A stretch of DNA of 29,904 nucleotides. Origin: a virus (lineage: Duplodnaviria; Caudoviricetes). Below the pieces are notes generated by a model. That model saw only the letters and a list, made by a program, of their open reading frames with translations, did no database searches and had not been told where the DNA came from. This document shows, one piece after another, positions 1 through 9,946 of this stretch (positions are counted from its first letter, which is position 1; each line of letters starts with the position of its first letter). The stretch is taken from positions 1 to 29,904 of the IMG/VR virus record IMGVR_UViG_3300020044_002588; one strand, given 5' to 3'. The translations under genes were made by a program, and so were the position numbers.

Positions 1-78
1 CAAGTAGGTATCAGGGAAGATTCCCTTCTCAACCGCGATCACCTCCAGAGCCATCAACTTAGCCTGCTGGTAGTACAT
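1..78 (-). other. Inverted fragment of probable portal coding sequence (likely chimeric junction)
   Basis: The reverse complement of 1-78 reads MYYQQAKLMALEVIAVEKGIFPDTYL. From recollection (not a search) this resembles an internal segment of the same portal family, whereas the + strand translation of 1-78 does not look portal-like. Confidence 0.55.
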
Positions 79-648
79 GCTAATGAGACATTTGAGACAG
101 ACGAGCATGTCGTTTCGTATCCGGCGTCTGGCACGGATATTAACTCGCTCATCATTGGTATCGGGCAGCGTGTCGGTCTTGGCATCATGTCGAAGAAGAC
201 TGCCGCGACTCTGGACCCGTACATTGACAATCCTGAGTTGGAGCATGACGCGATTATCGCTGAGGGGCTTGAGCAGGCGTTGATGTCAGGGTTGCAGCAG
301 CAGGCATCTAGTGGCGCTATCCCTCCGCTTACCCTGTCGAAGATCATGCAGTTGGTCGCTAATGACAAGATGGAACTTGCTGAGGCGTTGAATAAGGTCA
401 CTGAGGATGCGTTGAAGGAGCAGCAGGCTCAGCAGGCGGCAGCGGCTGGCCCTGAGGCTGCTGCTGCGGCTAGCCCTGAGCAGGCAATGGCTGGCGCGAC
501 TGTTGGTGCGATGGCTGGCGCTCAGCCTCCGTCGCCGATTCCGGGTGTTGGCCCGGGCATGGCGAGCCTTGGTGATCTTCTTGGCTCGTTGAGACGGCCA
601 GCGATGACTGTTCAACCGATGCGTGGAATGGATAGGGGTGCGGTGTAA
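79..648 (+). CDS. Portal protein, C-terminal part (5' truncated)
   Basis: The frame of ORF 187..648 is open upstream (ANETFETDEHVVSYPASGTDINSLIIGIGQRVGLGIMSKKTAATLDPYIDNPELEHD). It ends in a Q/A/P-rich tail typical of podoviral portals and heads the structural operon. Confidence 0.65.
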   Translation, partial: ANETFETDEHVVSYPASGTDINSLIIGIGQRVGLGIMSKKTAATLDPYIDNPELEHDAIIAEGLEQALMSGLQQQASSGAIPPLTLSKIMQLVANDKMELAEALNKVTEDALKEQQAQQAAAAGPEAAAAASPEQAMAGATVGAMAGAQPPSPIPGVGPGMASLGDLLGSLRRPAMTVQPMRGMDRGAV

Positions 649-1031
649 TGCCTAGGGGTGGGAAACGTCAGGGTACGCCGGGGAAGGCGTATTCGAATAG
701 GACTGACATGACATCTGATTATGCGAATGCGGATGCATCGGCTGCTGCTGGTGGGATGACTGCTCCTTCTGGGGCGTCTCCGATGCAATTGCCGACGTAC
801 CCGGATCAGATTCCTAATCTTTCTGATCCTACGAGTCGTCCTGATGAGCCGGTTACGGATGGCTTGCCTACTGGCCCGGGGCGTGGGCCGGAAGCAATGA
901 CTGGCCTTGATCCGCGTCTTGCTGAGACGCAGGCGTTGAAGAAATGGCTTCCGATACTTGACCCGATCATGAACAACCCTGATTCGCCTGAGTCAGTGAA
1001 AGTGCTGATCCGCTACATAAGGGCTAGTTGA
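648..1031 (+). CDS. Hypothetical phage protein (MPRGGKRQG N-terminus, Pro-rich)
   Basis: 127-aa ORF with TAATG coupling to the portal stop and TGATG coupling to the next gene. Confidence 0.8.
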   Translation: MPRGGKRQGTPGKAYSNRTDMTSDYANADASAAAGGMTAPSGASPMQLPTYPDQIPNLSDPTSRPDEPVTDGLPTGPGRGPEAMTGLDPRLAETQALKKWLPILDPIMNNPDSPESVKVLIRYIRAS

Positions 1032-1195
1032 TGTTTATCAGGAATCTAGCAGCGTTCACTGATGCGCTTGGTGTGCAGAACGCTCCTACGATTGTTGCTT
1101 TATCTCAGGTTCCGTGGCCTAGCGATGATGCAAGGAACGAGTTCATCTACAACCTGACTGGCGTGAGTATCGTGGAAAAGGGAAGCAATGTCTGA
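1031..1195 (+). CDS. Small hypothetical protein, 54 aa (not in ORF track)
   Basis: ATG at 1031 overlaps the upstream TGA. It reads MFIRNLAAFTDALGVQNAPTIVALSQVPWPSDDARNEFIYNLTGVSIVEKGSNV*, fills the gap and overlaps the 1188 start. Confidence 0.7.
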   Translation: MFIRNLAAFTDALGVQNAPTIVALSQVPWPSDDARNEFIYNLTGVSIVEKGSNV

Positions 1196-4100
1196 TACCA
1201 AGAAGAAGAAGGTTCCCAAGAATCAAATCTATGATGTAGCGCCGCTGATTGAGAAGAATCTTGCAGGCAAGGGATGGGAGTCCGGTGACTTCAATAGGAA
1301 TACGTTTGGTGATAGTCCTTTCTCAACTTCGCTGAATGCGACAACGACGAACGCCCCGAATACTGATTTCACGACTCCTGAGGATCAGCAGATCATTGCC
1401 GGGATTCTGAAGGACCCACGTCAGGCAGCAGCGGCTGAGGGTCCGACGTATGCGGCAGCGAATAGGTATAGCGCCGCTGATATTGCGAAGGGTTTGGGCC
1501 AGCGTGGTGCGGTTGGAAGGTCTGCGGCGACGCAGGCAAGTATCAATGAGGGTGAGAAGCAGGTAGGAAGTTTTCTCGGGCGAGTATTCGATTACACGGA
1601 TGAGGCTGATAATCCGGGTGAGTATGTGTGGGATCGAATGATTCAGGGTCTTGTCTGGACTACGGACAAGATTGCCAAGGCTGGCGTCATGTATTCAGCC
1701 GCTGCTCCATTGAGCGGTGCTGGTGATATCACGAATGAAACAGTCACTCCGGGACAGATGGGTGTCACGACGAGTGGCAGGGCAGCAAATACTATTGCAG
1801 AGTTTCTTGGTGGCGGTGAAGGATTAGCGGGTGCAATAGCCCCAATTTATTCAGCACTATTTAATCCACTTGGAATGTTGACTGATGTAAATGCTGAATA
1901 CAGCCAACCCGAGTTTGACATCAACGATCCGTCGCAGCAAGAGCAGGCATTTGTTAATGACTTGGGCGGTAAACTCCGTACTGGATTGACTGATGCTGCA
2001 TTTACGACTGTTGCCGATCCTACAATTTATGTTGGAAAGGCTGCCAAGATTGCACGGTTGCGGTACTTGGACGATACGTTCCAAGGACCTGATGGTATAG
2101 CGCGACTGGAAAAGCAAATGGTTGACAGTCTTGCGCGTCCGATGGATGAGAAGGCTGGTATTGCACGGTTTGCTGCTATGACGGCAGAGGTAGATGCAAC
2201 AACTGGTAAGAAAGTCATGTCTGCTGGAGTTATTGCCACTCGTCTTCGTGGTGCCACGATGGGCGAGACGATGGCAGCAGCATTGCATGCCAATAAGGAT
2301 GAGGAAATAGCACAACTGATCATCCGGCACATGTTCGGTGACATTAATGCTGGTAAGGCGTTGCTGGAGAAGCAGCCAAGTATTTTCCTTCCCATTGCTA
2401 GGAGACAGCGGGAAGAGATCATGGACTTGCTTGCACGTGATCCGGCCAAGAAGAAGTTGCTTGAGAAGAATGCCACGGATGCCGAGGATAAATTGACAGC
2501 AGCGATGGCTGCTGAAACACCGGGATCAGAGAAGTACATGCTTCTTGAGCGTAAGCGTGATCTTGCTCGCGACACCTATAACGCGATCATTGATGGGAAA
2601 CTTGGCGATCTTGAGGACATGAGCAATCCCATAATGAAGGGCTTGCTGTCTAAGGAGTTCAAAGAGGTCATCAAGAATGATTCGATTATTGCGAATGCGT
2701 TGACTGACGCGCAGATGGAAGTTCGCTTCGGATCAGGTGCTTCTGGGGCCATGATTGGTGCTAGGCGTGGTTTTGCCAGAGACAACGTGGTTGGCAGGGC
2801 TGTTGAGAAAAGCCGCCTGAATCGTGCCACGGCTGCGTATGAGTCTGCTGCTGAGCGGGGCCAGATGCGTGGCACTGGCAAGATGATTGATCTTGGTGAG
2901 GGTAAGTCAGTTGAGTTGATGAAGAAGAACTGGATTCCTCTTCAGTTCAATGCTGATGGGTTTCGTCGGACTATCAATATCTGGCGTTGGATGGGTGAGC
3001 AGAACCCATCAGGGTTTATTTTTACTAAGGGTGCGGCAGCGGCTGGGTCTTGGCGTGAGGTTCAGGCTGTTCTTAATGATGTGGATATTTATAGTGGTGC
3101 GCCGCGCAAGGTTGTATGGGTTGAGAAGGTCGTTGATAAGAAGACTGGTATAGCGAAGGATGTGCAGCGGACGGCGCTTATTGGGGGTAGGGAGCGTAAG
3201 GATGAGTTGATTACTGCGTACATGAGTGCGATGAAGTCAACTTCTGCTGGCGCTGATGCTGTGCAGATTGCATTGAATAAGATCGAACAGGAGATGATTA
3301 AGGATATTGGGCAGTGGCATGGGATGACTGCTGATGCGGTCAAGGATCTAGCAAAGCAAATGAGTAAAAACCGAGATAATGTAATTACTAGTCTTAGCAC
3401 AAAGCAAAGTGATAATACGCCAGCATTCTGGGTGGAGGATGGGAAAACGCATACCGCTCCTTGGCTAGAAACGCATATTCAAAATGGCACATACATGCTT
3501 AACTATCGTGCGTTGAACAAGGAACTAGACAGGATGGCCAATGATGGGTCGCTCAAGAGTCTTAATGATGCTTGGGCAATTGGACGTAATGGTGCTTCAG
3601 CGACGTATGAGGCATTCAATGCAGTGTGGCGTCCAAGCGTTCTTCTTCGTCTTGGTTACACGCAGCGAAATGTTCTTGAAGGATTGTTCAGGGCTAGCGC
3701 ATTCACGTTCTCACTTGACCCGGTAAGGCAAGCGGCAGCGACTGGAGGCTTATCGGTAAAGAACGCCTATCGAAGCAAGGGTTTCCGCAACGCTGTTGAG
3801 TCAGCGGAGACGGCAATGCGTCTTCGTGCTGCCGGTGATCCGAATGCCATGCTGCCACGAAACTACACGAAGTGGCTAGAGAGCGAGATTGACGCTCGGG
3901 AAAAGCACATCATTCAGATGGAGGAGTTCATTGAGCAGCCGGGTCGCATCATTGCTGACGTGAACAAGGAGACGCAGCAGTTCATGCTGGACTTCTATAA
4001 GGGTCAGGAAAGTCGACTTGTTAATCGTCTGGCTAAGGCGAAGGCTGCTGGTGCTGGGAGTGATGAGATTCAGCAGTTGGAGGGATGCATTACTGCTGTG

Positions 4101-6899
4101 CGGCAGAAGGCTGACGATGTACGTGCGATAAAAAAGTTTGTTCTATCTGATTACGATGCTGAGATTGCGAAGATTAATCGTAAGAGGAGTTGGACGCTTG
4201 CTCAGAAGCGTGAGGCGATAGCGAAGATTGATGATGCAAATAGTGATGTGCTGGCACTTACTGGGCGGGTGCTGGATGACGTTAGGGCGTCGTCTTTAAT
4301 GCTTGCTGATTCCATTAGGCGTAGGGAACTGCTCAATAACGACATGACGTCGCTTGCTGATTATGTCCGTAGTGGTGGGGCAAAACTGCGTGTTCATAAT
4401 GGAGTGATCGTTGGTCCGGCAAAGACAGTGATCAACGCGGCGTTTAACAATCTTTCGTCTTACTCATCTATTGCCCTGAGAAATCTTTCCGCAGACTCTA
4501 CGACTAAAACAGTAATGCGCGGGGCAGCAAACACTATGACCAATGCATTGAAGGTCCATAGGATTGCTCAATACGTAAACGTTAGTCCTGCTGATGCAAC
4601 ATACATGGATGGTGTCGCTACCGCGTTGCGGCAGATAAAGTCGTCAACAGTCGGCGAGATGGTTATTCAGGGAAAGTCAGTTCAGGAGATTGCTGATTTT
4701 CTGTATAAGAATCCTGAGGGTCGTGGAATCCTTGAGTTTATCGTTGCTGGCGAGAACGGTGTCGTAGCAAAGAAGGCAACGGGTCTTGACAAGAAGTTTG
4801 TGAGAGTTGACATGGAGGAGGCGCAGGCGGTAGCGCAGCGGCTCACTGATCGTTATCACGAACTCACCCCCAGTGCTGATCTTCGTGAGTACATGAAGAG
4901 TGCTGTTACTGATGATTCGTTTAATGGAAAAGTCGTCAACGTATTTCTTGGGGAAAAAGACTCGGCAGGTAATTACGTATTGAATCTGAAGCCAGTGGTT
5001 GGAAGCATGGTGGAGGAATACGGGACAAACTCTGTGAGCAAACTCTTTGGGCAAGTCACTTCAGCGGGAATGAAATGGCTTGGAACTATTCCTGAGGATG
5101 CGTTTGTCCGCGCACCATTCTATGGGCAGCGGTATGAGGACACGGTCAAGGAAATGATTGAAGTCCTGCAAGGGCAGGTTGGCAAGGATGCTGTTATTTC
5201 GTGGAAGCAGTATGAGAACATCATGCGGACAGCGCATACTCGTGCCCTGAAGGACACGAAGGAGTGGATGTTCACTATTGAGCGTCGAACGAATCTTGGT
5301 ACGTATGGCGAGGTTGCGGTTCCGTTCATTAGTGCGATGCAGAACTCTATTACGACAGTTGGTCGTCTTATTTGGAATGATCCTGCTCTTGTAGTGTTGA
5401 TGGCAAAGGCATGGCAGGCGCCGGAAAAGATGGGGATCATTGATGAGAAGGGAGATATTCATCTTCCTATCCCAGCGAGGTTCCTGCCGGATGATATTCA
5501 GGAAAAACTTGGTCTTACTGATCAGGGAGAGATTAAGTTCAGCATGTCGCAGTTCAACTTGATTGCGCCACAGTTGGATAACGGGATCCTGTTTCAGTTT
5601 GGTCCGGTCGTTGCTATCCCTATGGGAATGTTGATGAACCATCAACTATTCGGGATGAGTGCGGATACCCCAAGCATCATTAAGTCTATCCCCGGTGGCG
5701 AAGGTCTATGGGGAACGTATAAGAGCATGCTGTTTGGGCCGAATGGTGTTCCCCCGGCTGATCTGGCTGAGAGTGCGACTGAACTGTTCCCACCGTGGTT
5801 TAAGAGAATCGTTTCGTATGTCTCTGGAGAGGGGAATGCTGACTGGGATCGAATCTACGTTGGCAATCTTTTGACTGAGACATTGAAGAAGCGAGCCGGT
5901 CTTAGGGATACTTATCCAACGGCTGATGAACTTAACAGCCTTACGCAGCATCTGCTAATCATCAAGGCTCTTGGTAATGCAACGTTAGCGTTTCCTCCGG
6001 GATACGAGAGCGTACTGCAACCACTTGTCGATGATTACAAGCAGATGCGTGAAAACGAGTTGACTGCCGGTGACGCAGATATGCGGTTTGCTCAAAAGTA
6101 CGGTGATGATGTTCTCATTGCCAAGAACCTTGGCATCGCTGAAGGGCCAGTGCAGCCACTTACTGGAATGGTTGAGACTGCCACTAAGTATGAGGGATTG
6201 ATTGGCAGGGTTTCTGCTGAACTTGAGGATGCCGGTGACTTGTCTGTCATGTCAATGCTGTTTGTTGATAACGCGCAGGGCGTGTTCGACGGGACTGTCT
6301 ACTCGTGGCAGATGGGGAATGATGTTCCCGGATTGAGCCGTAAGTGGCGTGAGCATCAGACGCCTAATGAGATGTTGGTGAATGCTGAGAAGAACGCTGG
6401 TTGGAATAAGTGGTCGAAGGCGTTGGCTGCTTTTGATGCACGTCTTGCTGGCATGGCCTTGACTTCGTATGACGATGCCCCGAGTCTGAAACTTGAGCGG
6501 GATACGTTTCTTGACAACATGTCTCAAGACCCAATGTATTCGAGTTGGTATCGGGATTACAAGGAGTTTGGTTCGTCGCGGACGATGAGTACGGTGACGT
6601 TGATGGAAGCGGCGTTGACTGATTCGGTGTGGATTGCTGAGCATAGGGATTCGCCTATTTGGCAGGCTGCTCGCCAGTATTTGGATGGCAGGAAACTGGT
6701 TATTCAAACGTTGGATTCTAGGGGTGGTGATATTTCATCTCTCAGGAATCGTGATGTGAAGGATTGGTGGGATCAGTATCGTTCTAACCTGAAGATGATT
6801 GATGGCTGGGATGCTGTTGCCAATAGGTTCCTTGATGGTGATGATAATCCAAAGAATCCGGGTGTTCTTTCTTCTAACATGATTACAGGAGATAACTAA
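1188..6899 (+). CDS. Very large (1903 aa) probable internal virion/ejection protein
   Basis: Long ORF with RBS AAGGGAAG, Ala-rich helical-looking composition and almost no Cys, located between portal and capsid genes. The function is inferred from size and position by analogy to podoviral internal proteins; no catalytic motif was recognised. Confidence 0.6.
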   Translation: MSDTKKKKVPKNQIYDVAPLIEKNLAGKGWESGDFNRNTFGDSPFSTSLNATTTNAPNTDFTTPEDQQIIAGILKDPRQAAAAEGPTYAAANRYSAADIAKGLGQRGAVGRSAATQASINEGEKQVGSFLGRVFDYTDEADNPGEYVWDRMIQGLVWTTDKIAKAGVMYSAAAPLSGAGDITNETVTPGQMGVTTSGRAANTIAEFLGGGEGLAGAIAPIYSALFNPLGMLTDVNAEYSQPEFDINDPSQQEQAFVNDLGGKLRTGLTDAAFTTVADPTIYVGKAAKIARLRYLDDTFQGPDGIARLEKQMVDSLARPMDEKAGIARFAAMTAEVDATTGKKVMSAGVIATRLRGATMGETMAAALHANKDEEIAQLIIRHMFGDINAGKALLEKQPSIFLPIARRQREEIMDLLARDPAKKKLLEKNATDAEDKLTAAMAAETPGSEKYMLLERKRDLARDTYNAIIDGKLGDLEDMSNPIMKGLLSKEFKEVIKNDSIIANALTDAQMEVRFGSGASGAMIGARRGFARDNVVGRAVEKSRLNRATAAYESAAERGQMRGTGKMIDLGEGKSVELMKKNWIPLQFNADGFRRTINIWRWMGEQNPSGFIFTKGAAAAGSWREVQAVLNDVDIYSGAPRKVVWVEKVVDKKTGIAKDVQRTALIGGRERKDELITAYMSAMKSTSAGADAVQIALNKIEQEMIKDIGQWHGMTADAVKDLAKQMSKNRDNVITSLSTKQSDNTPAFWVEDGKTHTAPWLETHIQNGTYMLNYRALNKELDRMANDGSLKSLNDAWAIGRNGASATYEAFNAVWRPSVLLRLGYTQRNVLEGLFRASAFTFSLDPVRQAAATGGLSVKNAYRSKGFRNAVESAETAMRLRAAGDPNAMLPRNYTKWLESEIDAREKHIIQMEEFIEQPGRIIADVNKETQQFMLDFYKGQESRLVNRLAKAKAAGAGSDEIQQLEGCITAVRQKADDVRAIKKFVLSDYDAEIAKINRKRSWTLAQKREAIAKIDDANSDVLALTGRVLDDVRASSLMLADSIRRRELLNNDMTSLADYVRSGGAKLRVHNGVIVGPAKTVINAAFNNLSSYSSIALRNLSADSTTKTVMRGAANTMTNALKVHRIAQYVNVSPADATYMDGVATALRQIKSSTVGEMVIQGKSVQEIADFLYKNPEGRGILEFIVAGENGVVAKKATGLDKKFVRVDMEEAQAVAQRLTDRYHELTPSADLREYMKSAVTDDSFNGKVVNVFLGEKDSAGNYVLNLKPVVGSMVEEYGTNSVSKLFGQVTSAGMKWLGTIPEDAFVRAPFYGQRYEDTVKEMIEVLQGQVGKDAVISWKQYENIMRTAHTRALKDTKEWMFTIERRTNLGTYGEVAVPFISAMQNSITTVGRLIWNDPALVVLMAKAWQAPEKMGIIDEKGDIHLPIPARFLPDDIQEKLGLTDQGEIKFSMSQFNLIAPQLDNGILFQFGPVVAIPMGMLMNHQLFGMSADTPSIIKSIPGGEGLWGTYKSMLFGPNGVPPADLAESATELFPPWFKRIVSYVSGEGNADWDRIYVGNLLTETLKKRAGLRDTYPTADELNSLTQHLLIIKALGNATLAFPPGYESVLQPLVDDYKQMRENELTAGDADMRFAQKYGDDVLIAKNLGIAEGPVQPLTGMVETATKYEGLIGRVSAELEDAGDLSVMSMLFVDNAQGVFDGTVYSWQMGNDVPGLSRKWREHQTPNEMLVNAEKNAGWNKWSKALAAFDARLAGMALTSYDDAPSLKLERDTFLDNMSQDPMYSSWYRDYKEFGSSRTMSTVTLMEAALTDSVWIAEHRDSPIWQAARQYLDGRKLVIQTLDSRGGDISSLRNRDVKDWWDQYRSNLKMIDGWDAVANRFLDGDDNPKNPGVLSSNMITGDN

Positions 6900-7663
6900 T
6901 GGCTGCTCCAAGGGACGACATAACTTTGCCTCCGATGAGTAACAACGCCGGAATGTTGCAGCAATTGAACTATCCAAGTCAAGTTAAGGTTGGAGTGCTG
7001 CCTGATGGACAAATACAGTGGGCAGATTACTCATGGTTTAAGAAGTCATGGAATGTCCTTGGGACTGCATACAAGAAACCGATTATTGACACATTAAATA
7101 AAGTCTATGGTGAAAATAATTGGGATAACAGCGAGGTGTCATCTTTATTTTCCGGTTCAGTGGATGACTCCGCTCGCGCTATTGCAATAAATAGCGGAAT
7201 GCCGCCAGATCAATTGCCTTCTCCGCAAGAGATCATGATTGACCGTATCTACAAACTAGGTCAGAACGGTTTGCGCCCTGACGGAAAACTTGCCACAGGC
7301 GCTGGCGGTGCTGGTGGTGTGTCTGTTTCGTTTCAGAAGTCAGTGCGTCTTACTGATCCTGACTCGGCACGGAAACTTATGAATACTGCTCTTAGCCAGT
7401 ACCTAGGGAAATCTGCTACGACGCAAGAGCAGGAGACATTTCTCAAGGCGTTGAATTTTCAGGAGAAGGCTGCTCCTGTTATGACGAAATCAACGACGAC
7501 TGCTGGTGGTGGTTCTTCATCTACTTCGACTGTTACTACTGGTGGATTTGATCCTTCGGTGTTTGCTGAGGAGTACGCTCAGGGCAAGGAAGGCGCAGGA
7601 GAGTTCAAGGCTGCTACGTCGCTGCTAGACACGTTTATCAAGTCGATTGGAGCGAAGGTCTGA
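6899..7663 (+). CDS. Hypothetical virion-associated (probable ejection) protein
   Basis: 254-aa ORF, RBS AGGAG, TAATG coupling, Thr/Ser/Gly-rich C-terminal patch. Confidence 0.6.
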   Translation: MAAPRDDITLPPMSNNAGMLQQLNYPSQVKVGVLPDGQIQWADYSWFKKSWNVLGTAYKKPIIDTLNKVYGENNWDNSEVSSLFSGSVDDSARAIAINSGMPPDQLPSPQEIMIDRIYKLGQNGLRPDGKLATGAGGAGGVSVSFQKSVRLTDPDSARKLMNTALSQYLGKSATTQEQETFLKALNFQEKAAPVMTKSTTTAGGGSSSTSTVTTGGFDPSVFAEEYAQGKEGAGEFKAATSLLDTFIKSIGAKV

Positions 7664-8682
7664 TGGCCCCTCGTGGAAGAACATTGACTGCAGCGCAGAA
7701 GAGAGCGAAGGCTGCTGCTGAGGCTGGTGGCTATGTTGATAGGAACTTGGATGGTGTAGTCGATCCTGATCGCCTGTCTCGCAAGGAAATGGCTGCTCAG
7801 TATCAGTCGGCTATGGGAATTATTTATTCAGTCCCTGAAATAAGCACCTTATTCAACAAGGCTGTGAAGCAACAGTGGTCGACCGATAGGTTTAATGCTG
7901 AAGTTCAGAACAGCGACTGGTATCGAAATAATAATAAGTATTTTCGTGAGGCTTGGGCTGCGGAGAACTTTGGCAAGGTTGATGGGCAGACGAGTGCTGA
8001 CTGGCAGGCGCAACTTGAGAATGCTCGCAATATGGTGCAGAAGGCTGTTGTCGATACTGGTGCAAATGTTGATCCGGTTCAGTTGGATGCTTTGGCTCGC
8101 CGGTACATCTATGAGGGCTGGGGTGAGCAGGGACGTGAAACTCTCATGGCTCGTGCTCTTAGCGAGAAGATTGAGTACCTTCCCACTCCTTCTGGTACTG
8201 GGAAGGCGATGGGTGGGGCGTCTGGTGATCTTGCGGATAGCCTAAAGAAATTGGCTATGGCGAATGGTATTTCGTATAACGATGGGTGGTATCAGTCTGC
8301 TGTGAAGTCTGTGCTTTCTGGTTTGTCCACGGTGAGCGATAAGGAACGTGAGGTGAGGGAGCAGGCTGCTGGGATGTGGCCTGTATTCGCTGACCGTATT
8401 AGGTCCGGTGAGACTACCGCGATGGACCTTGCGTCTCCGTACATGAATGTGATGGCTCAAGAGTTTGAGATGAGTCCTGAGAACTTCACTCTGGATGATC
8501 CATATATTCGGTCTGCTCTTACTGGGATGGATGATAAGGGTTATCCGACTGCTACGAATCTTTATGATTTTCAGAAGAAGTTGCGGCAAGACCCACGTTG
8601 GATGAATACGAGTAAAGCGCAGAACAGTATTACGAGTTCTGCTGGAAAGATCATGCAGATGTTCGGGTTAATGGGAGGCTGA
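7663..8682 (+). CDS. Hypothetical virion-associated (probable ejection) protein
   Basis: 339-aa ORF, TGATG coupling, helical-looking composition ending LRQDPRW...MFGLMGG. Confidence 0.6.
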   Translation: MAPRGRTLTAAQKRAKAAAEAGGYVDRNLDGVVDPDRLSRKEMAAQYQSAMGIIYSVPEISTLFNKAVKQQWSTDRFNAEVQNSDWYRNNNKYFREAWAAENFGKVDGQTSADWQAQLENARNMVQKAVVDTGANVDPVQLDALARRYIYEGWGEQGRETLMARALSEKIEYLPTPSGTGKAMGGASGDLADSLKKLAMANGISYNDGWYQSAVKSVLSGLSTVSDKEREVREQAAGMWPVFADRIRSGETTAMDLASPYMNVMAQEFEMSPENFTLDDPYIRSALTGMDDKGYPTATNLYDFQKKLRQDPRWMNTSKAQNSITSSAGKIMQMFGLMGG

Positions 8683-8684
8683 TA

Positions 8685-9884
8685 ATGGTTCCGAAGAACT
8701 CTGGCGGTGGCTCTAAGCCTGCTCCTAAGCCTGCTGCGCCTACTCCTAAGCCTGCTGCGCCTGCTCCTAAGCCTGCACCATCAGCGCCCTCCGCGCCATC
8801 TCCTAAGCCGTCTGCGCCTTCCACTGGGTCAAAACCATCCAGTGGGTCAAAGCCTTCTACAGGAGGTAAGCCGTCTACTGGAGGCAAGCCTCCTGCAACT
8901 TCCGTACCTAGGAATCCCTCTGCTCCTGTCACTCCACCAAGTAATAAGCAACCAACTTGGGGGGGACCGGCTCCTAAGAAACCGGTTACTCCTGAAACAA
9001 CAACTCCTGAATCTGATTCTGGAGGAATGACAGATTACGAAAAATATTTAGTTGCTTCAGCATCTAATGCAGAAGCAGCACGTACAAGAAACGCTACTGA
9101 AATCATGAAGGCATTGATGACCCAGTATGGGTTGATGTCTCTGTATTCAAAGGTAGTGAGTTACATTCAGGATGGTTATGATCCTGAGGCAATTTCTGTA
9201 TTGATCAGGACGACTCCTGAGTACAAGGCAAGATTTCCTGCTATGGATGCGCTTGCCGCCAAGGGTAGAACTATTTCTGAGGTTGACTATATTAACTATG
9301 AGCAGTCAGCGTCTACGTTGGAGCGTAGGTATGGGCTTCCTGAGGGAATGCTTATGGGCAACGTGACGAAACTGCTTACTAATGAGGTGTCTCCTACTGA
9401 GTTGAATGACCGTGTCTTGCTTGCCTCGGCTGCTTCTATTCAAGCGCCGAAGGAAATTAAGGACATGTTTAAGAACTACTACAACATTGATGCCGGTGGC
9501 TTGACGGCGTATTTCCTTGATCCTGATATCGCTACTCCTCTTCTTGAGAAGCAGAGCGCGTCAGCAATTATCGGGGCTGAGGCAGCGAAGCAGGGTATTG
9601 GCATTGATGTAAATAGTGCTGAGAATCTTCAGAGCATTGGTATTACGCAGGCTAAGGCGCGTGAAGGCTTTACCACTGTCGCCGAAGCGCAAGGGTTGAC
9701 TACTGGTGTTGGCGATACTGTAACTCAGAAAGAACTCATCGCCGCAACACTTGGCAGTGATGCAGAGGCCAAGAAGAAGGCTGAGCGTGCTGCCGCTGGG
9801 CGTCTTGGTAGGTTCCAAGGCGGTGGAGAGTTCTTGCAGACACAGCAAGGTGCTACTGGTTTGGGTAGCGCAGCAACTCGTTGA
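8685..9884 (+). CDS. Hypothetical virion-associated protein with N-terminal Pro/Lys/Ser repeat tail
   Basis: 399-aa ORF, RBS GGAGG. About 110 aa of low-complexity N-terminus precede a globular/helical region. Confidence 0.65.
   Translation: MVPKNSGGGSKPAPKPAAPTPKPAAPAPKPAPSAPSAPSPKPSAPSTGSKPSSGSKPSTGGKPSTGGKPPATSVPRNPSAPVTPPSNKQPTWGGPAPKKPVTPETTTPESDSGGMTDYEKYLVASASNAEAARTRNATEIMKALMTQYGLMSLYSKVVSYIQDGYDPEAISVLIRTTPEYKARFPAMDALAAKGRTISEVDYINYEQSASTLERRYGLPEGMLMGNVTKLLTNEVSPTELNDRVLLASAASIQAPKEIKDMFKNYYNIDAGGLTAYFLDPDIATPLLEKQSASAIIGAEAAKQGIGIDVNSAENLQSIGITQAKAREGFTTVAEAQGLTTGVGDTVTQKELIAATLGSDAEAKKKAERAAAGRLGRFQGGGEFLQTQQGATGLGSAATR
8712..8892 (+). repeat. Coding tandem repeats: about 21-nt CCTAAGCCTGCTGCGCCT-type units (PKPAAP) and 18-nt KPSTGG-type units
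   Basis: Directly visible in the sequence and in the translation (KPAPKPAAPTPKPAAPAPKPAP; KPSSGSKPSTGGKPSTGGKP). Confidence 0.8.
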
Positions 9885-9893
9885 CATAGGGTC

Positions 9894-9924
9894 TTGCATT
9901 CTGCTAGTGAGTTGTGCGTATACT
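9894..9924 (+). promoter_or_regulatory. Candidate sigma70/SigA-type promoter for the scaffold-capsid operon
   Basis: TTGCAT (9894-9899), 19-nt spacer, TATACT (9919-9924). A TTGACA also lies at 9881-9886. The spacing is non-optimal. Confidence 0.4.
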
Positions 9925-9946
9925 GTGCGTAGTGCTTGATGATGGC

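Noticed and set aside
1188-6899. Giant ORF as tape-measure protein or virion RNA polymerase
   Set aside because: No periodic Trp/Phe repeats, no flanking tail-tube/chaperone genes and no recognisable polymerase catalytic motifs; left as a probable internal protein.
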